Origin: Fibrobacterales bacterium
GTDB lineage: Bacteria > Fibrobacterota > Fibrobacteria > Fibrobacterales > JAOPTW01
DNA: 64,000 bases
Direction of reading: 5' to 3'
Assembly (NCBI GenBank): GCA_051532055.1
Contig: JAOPTX010000025.1
Span: forward strand, 11,449-75,448
Of the stretch, positions 1 to 9,442 are shown in pieces; positions within the stretch are counted from its first letter, which is position 1; every line of letters starts with the position of its first letter. The position numbers were made by a program, and so were the translations under genes. The notes below the pieces were generated by a model. It was not told where the DNA came from. It worked only from the letters and a program-made list of their open reading frames with translations, and did not search any database.

Positions 1-699
1 CGCATAATCATTGGCGAACAGAGTGAACGCGCCACTATTTTTGCTAATCTATTAGTTGAAGGTGCAATAAAAGAAGATATTACAGTCCTTCATACCAACT
101 CTACAGAAGCTGAAGGAGTAAAGCTCTTCTCTAATACCTATCTCGCAATGAGAGTAGCCTATTTTAATGAACTTGATTCTTATGCCGAAACTCATGGACT
201 CAATAGTCGTCAAATAATTGAAGGTGTTGGTCTCGATCCTAGAATCGGCTCTCACTATAATAATCCATCATTTGGGTATGGTGGGTACTGCCTCCCTAAA
301 GACACCAAACAACTCAGAGCTAACTATAAAAATGTCCCTAATTCAATAATTGGGGCTATTGTTGATGCAAATAGTATGCGCAAAGACTTTATTGCCGACT
401 CTATCATTAATAGAAATCCTAAAAAAGTGGGCATCTATCGTCTTATCATGAAGTCTGGTTCAGATAACTTCCGTGCATCATCTATTCAAGGGATCATGAA
501 ACGCATCAAAGCCAAAGGCATTGAAGTGGTTATCTATGAACCAGTAATGAAAGATGATGAATTTTTCAATTCAAAAGTAATTCGTGACCTTGATACCTTT
601 AAAAGTGAATGTGATGTTATAGTTTCTAATAGAATGGAAGCTCAACTAGAAGATGTTGCAGCCAAAGTATACACAAGAGACCTCTTTGGATCTGATTAA
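1..699 (+). CDS. ugd: UDP-glucose 6-dehydrogenase, 5'-truncated by window edge
   Basis: Frame open from base 1 ([11 protein letters not shown]...[24 protein letters not shown]); motifs [16 protein letters not shown] and [11 protein letters not shown]. Confidence 0.95.
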   Translation, partial: RIIIGEQSERATIFANLLVEGAIKEDITVLHTNSTEAEGVKLFSNTYLAMRVAYFNELDSYAETHGLNSRQIIEGVGLDPRIGSHYNNPSFGYGGYCLPKDTKQLRANYKNVPNSIIGAIVDANSMRKDFIADSIINRNPKKVGIYRLIMKSGSDNFRASSIQGIMKRIKAKGIEVVIYEPVMKDDEFFNSKVIRDLDTFKSECDVIVSNRMEAQLEDVAAKVYTRDLFGSD

Positions 700-751
700 C
701 AAGTCTTTTCAGCTCAATAATACACCTATCAACATACAGCATACTTTTAAT

Positions 752-782
752 AACACTCTTAGATATCTAGGAGTGTTTTTTT
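752..782 (+). terminator. Intrinsic terminator after ugd
   Basis: AACACTCTTAGA-TA-TCTAGGAGTGTT hairpin followed by a T run. Confidence 0.7.
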
Positions 783-1287
783 ATTCACAGTAAACTGCAA
801 TACACTCCTCAGCATAAAACCAAGAACAAAGTTTTCACCATTCTATCAACAGAGTTCCAAAAGAAGGTTTTCCATTTTAAGCTATCAACAACCTCTTTTT
901 AGCATTCTTACGATACTCATATCACCAAGACCTCAATTATCAAGGCTCAACTCCTCCTTTATGTATCCTTTTAAGTCTTTTTAGATACTCTTATCATATA
1001 AATATCGATTAATCAGATGCTCAATGTTTCTTTTATATTTTATATAGATTAATAAATAAAGTATTAGTAATAGAGACGTTGATAGTGTTGAAAACTCTTA
1101 TAACTCACAGTATTTTAAGAGTCTTATCAAAATGGAGCATTCTTGATAAGCATTGAACCATTAGGGCACTTTTCAACATTGAAAAGTTGACTTATGTATC
1201 TCTAACATTTCATGTTGATAGACCAAGATTTCTTTCAATAACTCATGTTGATAGAAAAAGTTTTCAACATTTTGTTGATATAATGGT

Positions 1288-1320
1288 GACAACTTAGTGT
1301 ATTATAAATACTAAGTTGTC
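1288..1320. repeat. Perfect 11-bp inverted repeat with 11-bp AT-rich spacer
   Basis: GACAACTTAGT-gtattataaat-ACTAAGTTGTC. Confidence 0.8.
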
Positions 1321-1492
1321 TATTTCCCTCTCATATATAACAGCATACCCTACCTTTCAACAAAAGACAATGAAAATCAAGAAAAAGTTTGAATAATTGT
1401 ATTTCCGAGTTAGGGAAACAAAAAAGCCCTTCAGTCACGAAAAGCCTACGTTATTAGTTAATAAGTTAACAATATTTTTTTAAAAAAAAATC

Positions 1493-1597
1493 AATTTCGA
1501 CGAGATGGAGTGTTAGTACAAGGCGCTCGATTGAAACCGTACTTAACGTACGGTGATATGAGAGCAACGCAGTAATAGCGCTGCAGCTCGGTTAAAT
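1493..1597 (+). repeat. ERIC-like palindromic intergenic element (copy 1)
   Basis: Nested stems with ACAAGGCG...ACCGTAC-ttaac-GTACGGT-GA...CAACGCAGTAAT; same landmarks as the element at 50625-50748. Confidence 0.65.
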
Positions 1598-1600
1598 CTG

Positions 1601-2968
1601 TTAAACTCTATTGTAATCGTCTTCAATTCGAATAATATCATCCTCGCCCGTATATTCACCAACCTGAGCCTCAATAATCACAAGATCGACAATACCTTGA
1701 TTCTCAAGTCGATGCTCAGTTCCAATTGGAATATAAGTCGACTCATTAGGGCGAACAATCATCTCTTTTTTATCAACGGTAACCGTAGCGGTACCACTTA
1801 CCACAACCCAGTGTTCAGATCGATGCATATGTTTTTGAAGAGAGATACGCTTGCCAGATTTAACCACAATACGTTTTACTTTATATCCTTTATAATCTTG
1901 AAGAATGGTATAAGAGCCCCAAGGGCGATAGGTAGTAATATTGTTATGATGAAGATCAGAACCCTCTTTTTCAAGTTGGTTCACAACATCTTTAACTTTT
2001 TGAGAAGAACCTTTCTTGGTAACTAGAAGAGCATCAGGAGTATCGATGACAATCATATCTTCAACATCTACAAGAGCAACTTTACGACCACTGGTAAGAA
2101 CTAAGTTATTCTTGGATTCAACATTAATCAAGTTTTCAGCTTCAGTATTACCGTCACTATCTTTTGGAAGTTCATCATACAATGCATCAAAACTGCCAAG
2201 ATCAGACCATCCGATATCTGCAGGAACTACTTTTACAATATCTGATTTTTCCATAACAGCGTAGTCAATTGAGTCTTTAGGGATGTTGAGCATATCATCT
2301 TTTTCAATGAGTATCTTATCACCGCTGGTTTCTTTAAGAGCTGCTTTACAGGTTTCAAGCATTTCTGGGTTATATTTCTTCAATTCTTCAAGAAATACGC
2401 CTGCTTTAAAGCAAAACATACCTGAATTCCAGTAGAAATTACCTTTTGAGATATACTCTTCAGCCTTCTCTTTTGTTGGTTTCTCTCGGAATTTAACCAC
2501 ATCATTACCATTTGCCTCTAAATACCCAAAACCTGTTTCAGGGAAAGTAGGTTTAATGCCAAAGGTTACCAGGTGCCCCGCTTCAGCAAGTTTTTTTGCT
2601 TCTTCTACTGCTTTTAAGTAGGCGTCTTGTTTGGTAATAAGTTGATCAGATGGAGTTACCAGTACGATATCATCAGGATCTAACGTTAAACACGGGAGTG
2701 CAATTGCAGGGGCGGTATTTCTTCCAACAGGTTCTAGCAAATATCTGTTGTTGGTAACTTTAAGCTCACTGAGCTGATCTTCCGCTAAAAACTGCTGTGC
2801 TTGATTAGAAACAACAAATTCACTATTGCACACTTCTTGATTACGGGCAACCGTTTCCATAAAGAGGGAACGTCCAGAAAAGAGCTTTACAAACTGTTTA
2901 GGGAGGAGTGTTCTACTGATAGGCCAAAGTCGCGTACCTGCACCACCGCAAATAATAATATTAATCAT
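1601..2968 (-). CDS. manC: Mannose-1-phosphate guanylyltransferase / mannose-6-phosphate isomerase
   Basis: GGAGTRLWPISR..PKQF, EPVGRNTAPAI, WNSGMF, GWSDLGS; C-terminal cupin RPWG...SLQKHMHRSEHW. Confidence 0.95.
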   Translation of the reverse strand: MINIIICGGAGTRLWPISRTLLPKQFVKLFSGRSLFMETVARNQEVCNSEFVVSNQAQQFLAEDQLSELKVTNNRYLLEPVGRNTAPAIALPCLTLDPDDIVLVTPSDQLITKQDAYLKAVEEAKKLAEAGHLVTFGIKPTFPETGFGYLEANGNDVVKFREKPTKEKAEEYISKGNFYWNSGMFCFKAGVFLEELKKYNPEMLETCKAALKETSGDKILIEKDDMLNIPKDSIDYAVMEKSDIVKVVPADIGWSDLGSFDALYDELPKDSDGNTEAENLINVESKNNLVLTSGRKVALVDVEDMIVIDTPDALLVTKKGSSQKVKDVVNQLEKEGSDLHHNNITTYRPWGSYTILQDYKGYKVKRIVVKSGKRISLQKHMHRSEHWVVVSGTATVTVDKKEMIVRPNESTYIPIGTEHRLENQGIVDLVIIEAQVGEYTGEDDIIRIEDDYNRV

Positions 2969-3137
2969 GAGATATCCAAAATTCTTCTATATATTGTGAC
3001 GAAAAATAGCATTTTAACAAATTTTAAACCAAAATTTGGTAGATTTTGCACTAAAGAATACAGAATTAGGTCTGTATTCCCGGAAATTTTAAATATTACA
3101 TCTCAATAAAGTTTAGAGTGTAATTAGGAACTGATAT

Positions 3138-4022
3138 ATGAAAGGTATTATTCTTGCAGGGGGATCAGGAACCCGTCTCTACCCTATTACAAAAGGTATC
3201 AGTAAACAACTGCTCCCTATTTATGATAAACCAATGATCTATTACCCTCTTTCGGTACTCATGCTTGCAGGTATTAAAGAAGTTCTTATTATATCAACTC
3301 CTCAAGATATTGGGCGTTTTGAAGAACTTCTTGGTGATGGGGCAGATATTGGAATACAACTTGAATATGCAATACAACCATCGCCTGATGGACTTGCGCA
3401 AGCCTTTATTATTGGTGAAGAGTTTATTGGTAATGATGATGTTGCTCTAGTACTTGGAGATAACCTCTTCTATGGGCAAGGCTTCACAGAAAAACTTCAA
3501 ACCTCTGTACAAAGAGCAGCTCAAAAACGGGAAGCTACCATATTTGGGTACTTTGTACATGATCCAGAGCGTTACGGCGTTGCAGAGATCGATGCCGAGG
3601 GAACCGTTCTCTCTATTGAAGAAAAACCAGAAAAGCCAAAATCAAATAATGCGGTGGTGGGACTCTATTTTTATACGAATGATGTTGTTGAGGTGGCAAA
3701 AAATATCAAACCATCACCTCGTGGTGAACTTGAAATTACGACTGTTAATCAGGTCTTTTTAGAGCGGAAACAGTTAAAATTAGAGGCTCTTGGACGTGGT
3801 TTTGCGTGGTTAGACACTGGTACTCACGACTCTTTAATGGAGGCTTCGAGTTTTATTGAAACCATTGAAAAACGTCAGGGTTTAAAGGTTGCTTGTCTTG
3901 AAGAAATCGCATTTAGAATGGGATATATTGGCAAAAATGAATTACTTAAGCTTGCTGAACCACTAAAAAAGAATCAGTATGGGCAATATTTGATACATCT
4001 TGCCCAAAACGACCTATTATAA
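3138..4022 (+). CDS. rfbA: Glucose-1-phosphate thymidylyltransferase
   Basis: [18 protein letters not shown]...[28 protein letters not shown]. Confidence 0.97.
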   Translation: MKGIILAGGSGTRLYPITKGISKQLLPIYDKPMIYYPLSVLMLAGIKEVLIISTPQDIGRFEELLGDGADIGIQLEYAIQPSPDGLAQAFIIGEEFIGNDDVALVLGDNLFYGQGFTEKLQTSVQRAAQKREATIFGYFVHDPERYGVAEIDAEGTVLSIEEKPEKPKSNNAVVGLYFYTNDVVEVAKNIKPSPRGELEITTVNQVFLERKQLKLEALGRGFAWLDTGTHDSLMEASSFIETIEKRQGLKVACLEEIAFRMGYIGKNELLKLAEPLKKNQYGQYLIHLAQNDLL

Positions 4023-4103
4023 ATCTTTATTTATAATAAATTAAATTTAAAAAAAATTCTTTTTGCATGATCAATTAGGTTCTGTGAATATAAGGAGCTC
4101 AGT

Positions 4104-4499
4104 ATGAAGCGAATCATTACTTTTGGAACTTACGATTTACTCCACATTGGGCATATAAATATATTTAAACGTGCACGTAAACTTGGTGACTATCTTATAG
4201 CGGGGGTTTCGACAGATGCCCTAAATCTAACGAAAAAAGATAAAAAGCCTGTTTATAGTGAAAATGATCGTGCTGAAATTGTGAAGTCATTGCGATATGT
4301 GGATGAAGTATTTTTCGAAGAAAGTCTCGATTTGAAACGAGAATATATACAAAAATTTAATGCAGACATTCTGGTTATGGGTGATGATTGGGAAGGAAAA
4401 TTTGACTTTTGCAAAGATCTCTGTGAAGTTGTATATTTGGACCGTACACCAGAAATATCAACAACTAAACTTAAAGAAGATATAAAGAAATATTTTTAA
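4104..4499 (+). CDS. Glycerol-3-phosphate cytidylyltransferase-like (TagD family) nucleotidyltransferase
   Basis: TFGTYDLLHIGH (HxGH), MGDDWEGKFD, RTPEISTT. Confidence 0.85.
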   Translation: MKRIITFGTYDLLHIGHINIFKRARKLGDYLIAGVSTDALNLTKKDKKPVYSENDRAEIVKSLRYVDEVFFEESLDLKREYIQKFNADILVMGDDWEGKFDFCKDLCEVVYLDRTPEISTTKLKEDIKKYF

Positions 4500-5047
4500 T
4501 GAAATTTATAAAAACAGAAATCCCAGAAGTAGTAATTTTAGAGCCTAGAGTATTTGAAGATGATCGTGGATACTTTTTTGAGAGTTTTAACCAAAAAGAG
4601 TTTGATGAGAACATGGGCAAAGTAGACTTTGTTCAGGATAATGAATCAAAATCATCTTATGGAATAGTGAGAGGACTCCATTATCAACTTCCGCCCTATA
4701 ATCAACAAAAACTAGTGAGAGTTATAGTAGGTACTGTTTTAGATGTAGCAGTTGATATTCGAAAAGACTCCCCGACTTTGGGAAAGCATGTAGCTGTTGA
4801 ATTATCTGCTGAAAATAAGCGTCAGCTTTGGGTACCGAAAGGATTTGCTCATGGATTTGCTGTATTAACAGAAACAGCTATATTTAGTTATAAGGTTGAT
4901 AATTATTATGCCCCTGAATATGATCGTGGACTTCTTTGGAATGACCCTGAAATAGGTATTGATTGGAAAATTGATCTTGATAAGGTACAGTTATCCGGAA
5001 AAGATGAAAAACAACCAACATTGAGTGACATGAAGGATATGTTATGA
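4499..5047 (+). CDS. rfbC: dTDP-4-dehydrorhamnose 3,5-epimerase
   Basis: DDRGYFFESFN, FVQDNES, RGLHYQ, GFAHGF. Confidence 0.96.
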   Translation: MKFIKTEIPEVVILEPRVFEDDRGYFFESFNQKEFDENMGKVDFVQDNESKSSYGIVRGLHYQLPPYNQQKLVRVIVGTVLDVAVDIRKDSPTLGKHVAVELSAENKRQLWVPKGFAHGFAVLTETAIFSYKVDNYYAPEYDRGLLWNDPEIGIDWKIDLDKVQLSGKDEKQPTLSDMKDML

Positions 5048-5910
5048 AAAGGATACTCGTAACAGGTTCAAATGGTCAATTGGGTAGTGAAATTCAAGCT
5101 TTAGCTTCAAATTATGATGTAAAACTTATTTTGACAGATGTATCTCAATTAGACATAACGGACCCAAATACTATTGAGTTATTTCTACACAATCAATCAA
5201 AAATAGATATTTGTATTAATTGTGCAGCGTATACAGCAGTAGATAAAGCAGAAGAAAATAGAGAATTGGCCGATAAAATTAATCATATTGGTCCTAAAAA
5301 CTTAGCAAAAGCTGCTAAAATTCATGGATTTAAACTTATTCAAGTTTCAACTGATTTTGTCTTTGATGGTACCCAAGCTCACCCTTATAAAGAATCCGAT
5401 GTTGTAAACCCAATATCTGTATATGGTAAGACAAAATATGATGGAGAACAAGCGGTACTATTAGAAAACTCCGATTCAATAATCATTAGAACATCATGGC
5501 TTTACTCGGCATTTGGGAATAATTTTGTCAAAACCATGATGAAACTAGGAACAGAGAGAGAAAAAATTGGAATTGTGTATGATCAAGTAGGAAGTCCTAC
5601 CTATGCCAGAGATTTAGCTGAGTGTATTCTTGGACTTATTGATAATATTAAGAAAATTGAAAATATAAGTGGAACCTTTCATTATAGCAATGAAGGTGTT
5701 GCCAGTTGGTATGACTTTACCTGTGCTATTCATGAATATGCCGAGATTGAGTGTACAGTATCCCCTATTGAAGCTAAGAATTATCCACTTCCAGCACCAA
5801 GGCCTCATTTTAGTGTTATGGATAAATCTAAGTTAAAAACTGAATTTGGAGTATCAATCCCTCACTGGCGTGAAAGTTTAAGAGAGTGTATTTCTCTTTT
5901 ATCAGAATAA
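5044..5910 (+). CDS. rfbD: dTDP-4-dehydrorhamnose reductase
   Basis: ILVTGSNGQLG, NCAAYTAVDKAE, STDFVFDG, YGKTK, DQVGSPT. Confidence 0.96.
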   Translation: MKRILVTGSNGQLGSEIQALASNYDVKLILTDVSQLDITDPNTIELFLHNQSKIDICINCAAYTAVDKAEENRELADKINHIGPKNLAKAAKIHGFKLIQVSTDFVFDGTQAHPYKESDVVNPISVYGKTKYDGEQAVLLENSDSIIIRTSWLYSAFGNNFVKTMMKLGTEREKIGIVYDQVGSPTYARDLAECILGLIDNIKKIENISGTFHYSNEGVASWYDFTCAIHEYAEIECTVSPIEAKNYPLPAPRPHFSVMDKSKLKTEFGVSIPHWRESLRECISLLSE

Positions 5911-6019
5911 GCTCTAATTACTAATCTAGTTGATTGGTTATTTGGGGTGAAAATGTATCTTTTTAGTCAAATTTTAAGTTTTCCAAAAGTATACAAATGC
6001 TTTTGAATGGTATGATAGT

Positions 6020-7036
6020 ATGGAATTAGAAAAATCAATTCTTGTAACCGGTGGAGCAGGTTTTATTGGCTCAGTATTTATCCCGTATTTTATTGAGAAA
6101 AACCCTTCTTATAAAGTGATAAATCTTGACCTACTTACCTATGCAGGTAATTTAGAGAACCTGAAAGAGGTTGAAAGTCACCCACAATATGCATTTGAAA
6201 AAGGTGATATTTGTGATAGACCCTTTGTTCAGTCTCTCTTTGAAAAATATGATATTCGTGGAGTAGTACATTTTGCTGCAGAATCTCATGTTGATAATTC
6301 CATTGAAGGACCTGAAGTATTTATTAAAACTAATGTGAATGGAACTTTTACTCTTATTGATGTAGCACGTAACTATTGGATGGATGCTCCCTTTACTTAT
6401 AAAAAAGAATACGAAGGGTGTCGCTTTCACCATGTGTCAACAGATGAAGTATATGGTACATTAGGTGAGACAGGTCTTTTTACTGAAGAGACCCCATATG
6501 CTCCAAACTCTCCTTATTCTGCTTCAAAAGCTGCATCTGATTTAATCGTACGCAGTTATTTTCATACCTATGGTATGAATGTTGTTACAACTAATTGTTC
6601 AAATAATTATGGACCTAAACAGCATGATGAAAAATTAATCCCTACTATCATTAGAAAGTGTTTAGCGGGTGAAAATATCCCAGTATATGGTGATGGCAAA
6701 AATATCCGTGACTGGTTATATGTTCTTGATCATGGTAAAGGGATAGACTTGGCCTATCATAATGGTAGAGAAGGTGAAACCTATAATATTGGCGGAAGAA
6801 ACGAACGTGATAACCTCTATATTGTAGAGACAATCTGTAAGATACTGGATGAAAAGTCTCCAGCTAAAGATGGTAAGCCATATAAAGAGCTTATTAGTTT
6901 TGTTAAAGATCGTGCAGGACATGATCGCCGCTATGCAATTGATGCTGATAAGATTGAGAAAGAGCTAGGATGGAAGGCTGATGAGAATTTTGAGAGTGGT
7001 ATTTTGAAGACTGTTGAGTGGTATTTGGAAAAGTAG
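6020..7036 (+). CDS. rfbB: dTDP-glucose 4,6-dehydratase
   Basis: GGAGFIGS, HFAAESHVD, STDEVYG, YSASK, NCSNNYGP, GHDRRYAID. Confidence 0.97.
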   Translation: MELEKSILVTGGAGFIGSVFIPYFIEKNPSYKVINLDLLTYAGNLENLKEVESHPQYAFEKGDICDRPFVQSLFEKYDIRGVVHFAAESHVDNSIEGPEVFIKTNVNGTFTLIDVARNYWMDAPFTYKKEYEGCRFHHVSTDEVYGTLGETGLFTEETPYAPNSPYSASKAASDLIVRSYFHTYGMNVVTTNCSNNYGPKQHDEKLIPTIIRKCLAGENIPVYGDGKNIRDWLYVLDHGKGIDLAYHNGREGETYNIGGRNERDNLYIVETICKILDEKSPAKDGKPYKELISFVKDRAGHDRRYAIDADKIEKELGWKADENFESGILKTVEWYLEK

Positions 7037-7045
7037 GGTATACAT

Positions 7046-7462
7046 ATGTCTTCAATTGATGATTGCAAATTAATAGATCTTCCCAAAATTCTTGATAGGA
7101 GAGGAAATCTATCTTTTATCGAGAGCAATAATCACCTTCCTTTTAAAATTGAACGAACATATTGGATTTATGATGTTCCAGGTGGAGAAGTTCGAGGTGG
7201 TCACGCTTTCAAAGAGCAGTGTGAGTGTATTGTGGCTCTTTCAGGTAGCTTTGATATTGTATTAAATGATGGTGTTGACAAAAAAATATTCTCTCTTAAC
7301 CGGTCTTATTATGGTTTATATGTTCCAAAGGGAATTTGGCGTCAAATGAAAAACTTTTCAACAAATTCTTTGGCTTTTATAATGGCTTCTACTCAATACA
7401 ATGAGAAAGATTATATGCGTGACTTCTTTAGGTTTCAAAAGGAAAGCCATGCAAAACGATAA
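7046..7462 (+). CDS. FdtA/QdtA-family cupin (dTDP-6-deoxy-3,4-keto-hexulose isomerase-like)
   Basis: DRRGNLSFIE, YWIYDVPGGEVRGGHA, GLYVPKGIWR. Confidence 0.85.
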   Translation: MSSIDDCKLIDLPKILDRRGNLSFIESNNHLPFKIERTYWIYDVPGGEVRGGHAFKEQCECIVALSGSFDIVLNDGVDKKIFSLNRSYYGLYVPKGIWRQMKNFSTNSLAFIMASTQYNEKDYMRDFFRFQKESHAKR

Positions 7463-7883
7463 TTCAGTATTACAAACCTCTACGGTTTATAACTGTTCTG
7501 TAATAGAGCTTCCTAAAAAAAGCCACGAACAGGGAAATATGACTATAGTTGAAAATTCAAATACAATACCATTTGATGTTAATAGAGTATATTATTTATA
7601 TGATGTTCCTGGTGGTGAAAGCCGTGGAGGTCATGCTCATAGGGAGTTACGCCAACTATTGGTAGCAGCAAGTGGTTGTTTTGATGTGATATTAGATGAT
7701 GGAAAAGTTAAGCGCACTATAACATTAAATAGACCAAACTTTGGTTTACTAGTAGTTCCAGGCATTTGGCGGGAGTTGGTAAATTTTTCTTCAGGGGCAA
7801 TATGTTTGGTGCTAGCTTCTCATGTGTATAGCGAAGAGGATTATGTTAGAAACTATAGTGAATTTTTGGAAATTAAAAAATAA
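7449..7883 (+). CDS. fdtA: FdtA/QdtA-family cupin sugar 3,4-ketoisomerase (second copy)
   Basis: RVYYLYDVPGGESRGGHAH, GIWRE, CLVLAS; ATG at 7449 preferred over the ORF-track start. Confidence 0.8.
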   Translation: MQNDNSVLQTSTVYNCSVIELPKKSHEQGNMTIVENSNTIPFDVNRVYYLYDVPGGESRGGHAHRELRQLLVAASGCFDVILDDGKVKRTITLNRPNFGLLVVPGIWRELVNFSSGAICLVLASHVYSEEDYVRNYSEFLEIKK

Positions 7884-8410
7884 TGTTATTTATTCATCCA
7901 TTAGCTGATGTTAAATCAAAACAAATAGGTTGTGACACTACTATATGGCAATTTTGTGTTGTGTTTGAAAATGCAGTTATAGGATCAAACTGTAATATTT
8001 GTGCAAACGTTTTAATAGAAAATGATGTAAAAATTGGAAACAATGTTACAGTGAAGTCTGGTGTCCAATTGTGGGATGGCGTTCAACTTCAGGATAATGT
8101 TTTTATTGGTCCAAATGTAACGTTTACAAATGATCTGCTGCCACGATCAAAAAAATACCCCGAAACTTTTTTAAAAACAATGATCGATAAGTGTGCGAGT
8201 ATTGGTGCTAACTCTACTATTGTTGGTGGAAGAACAATAGGTGAATATGCAATGATTGGTGCGGGAAGCGTTCTTACAAAGGATGTAAACCCCTATGAAC
8301 TTTGGTATGGGGTACCTGCTGAACACTCTGGGTTTGTTACAAAAAAAGGTGTGGTTTTGGGATTAGATAAAAAAGACCAAGCAGGAAAAACTTATAATTT
8401 AGATGAATAA
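7883..8410 (+). CDS. Hexapeptide-repeat sugar N-acetyltransferase (WxcM N-terminal/QdtC-like)
   Basis: FIHPLADV, IWQFCVV, IGNNVTVKSGVQLWDG, FIGPNVTFTND left-handed beta-helix repeats. Confidence 0.85.
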   Translation: MLFIHPLADVKSKQIGCDTTIWQFCVVFENAVIGSNCNICANVLIENDVKIGNNVTVKSGVQLWDGVQLQDNVFIGPNVTFTNDLLPRSKKYPETFLKTMIDKCASIGANSTIVGGRTIGEYAMIGAGSVLTKDVNPYELWYGVPAEHSGFVTKKGVVLGLDKKDQAGKTYNLDE

Positions 8411-8479
8411 TTTGATTGTGTGAGAACCCTACTCTTACAATTAAATTAATTCTTCAAAAAACGTTAATAAAGAAAACGC

Positions 8480-9442
8480 ATGAAACTACTAAAAATAATT
8501 AAATACTTAATTGGTTCTTTTAAACTTAATAAACAAAACATAGGAAAATTTGCCATTGTTATGGTGGATGGCGGGTTGTGTTCCACAATGGTCAAATATA
8601 CTCTTGGGAAATATGTTGAGAAACGAACAGGTTTAAAAATTAAATATGATTTAACTTGGTTTAATGAAAATGGAATGGATTGTGATAAAAAATTTTCAAG
8701 AAGCTTTGAGTTGTCGAACCTTTTTCCAAACCTTGATTTCGAAATAGCTACAAGTGAAGAAATTCAATTGTATAAAAAATATTTTCATGTAAATAATGAA
8801 TATCCGTATATTTATAATGACAAAGGTTTTATGCAAAATACACCAATGTATATTGATGGTTATTATGAACACTGGAAATACCTTGAGTGTGTCAATGAAG
8901 AGCTTCATGATACATTAAATTTAGACCAATTGGAATTAAACCAAAAAAATAAAGATATTGTTGGTGATATTAAAATGTTCGATGAGTCCATAGCTATTCA
9001 CATTCGAAGAGGTGATTTTGTAAGCTTAGGTCTCTGTATTTTAACCACTGGCTATTATTTGACAGCAATAAATCATATTATTGGTGAAAAAGGCGTAGAA
9101 AAAACAAAGCTTTACTTTTTTTCAAATGATGTTGAATGGATAAAAAAAAATATTATTCCACAACTACCTGAAGGTTTAACCTATTTAGTTGTAGATGTGA
9201 ATGATAATGATACAGGATACTTTGATCTATACCTTATTTCAAAATGTAAACACCAGATTTCATCAAATTCCAGCTTTGGTTTTTGGGGTGGCTTTTTAAA
9301 TAGAGACGAGGAGAAAATTGTGATTGTCCCTGAAAAATGGACCCCAAGTACGACAGGTTCAAGTAGGGACTCTGATATGGCTCATCGTACACCAGGGTGG
9401 GTTGTTTTGCCTGTTGATGGAGGTGTTAGATATGAAGGTTGA
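8480..9442 (+). CDS. Alpha-1,2-fucosyltransferase (GT11)
   Basis: DGGL near N-terminus, [28 protein letters not shown] motifs of GT11. Confidence 0.85.
   Translation: MKLLKIIKYLIGSFKLNKQNIGKFAIVMVDGGLCSTMVKYTLGKYVEKRTGLKIKYDLTWFNENGMDCDKKFSRSFELSNLFPNLDFEIATSEEIQLYKKYFHVNNEYPYIYNDKGFMQNTPMYIDGYYEHWKYLECVNEELHDTLNLDQLELNQKNKDIVGDIKMFDESIAIHIRRGDFVSLGLCILTTGYYLTAINHIIGEKGVEKTKLYFFSNDVEWIKKNIIPQLPEGLTYLVVDVNDNDTGYFDLYLISKCKHQISSNSSFGFWGGFLNRDEEKIVIVPEKWTPSTTGSSRDSDMAHRTPGWVVLPVDGGVRYEG

Larger units (their letters stand above)
726..1362. other. Putative chromosomal replication origin (oriC) with variant DnaA boxes
   Basis: Nine exact YTWTCAACA boxes on either strand (726, 843, 882, 1086, 1170, 1213, 1246, 1261, 1354) plus about six one-mismatch copies; canonical TTATTCACA at 781; AT-rich tract ~1027-1073 ending in AAG TAT TAG TAA TAG trios, then a 3-nt spacer and tandem boxes CGTTGATAG TGTTGAAAA (1077-1094). 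Confidence 0.8.

Noticed and set aside
1288..1320. dif site
   Set aside because: Spacer is 11 bp rather than 6 and the arms do not resemble XerC/XerD boxes
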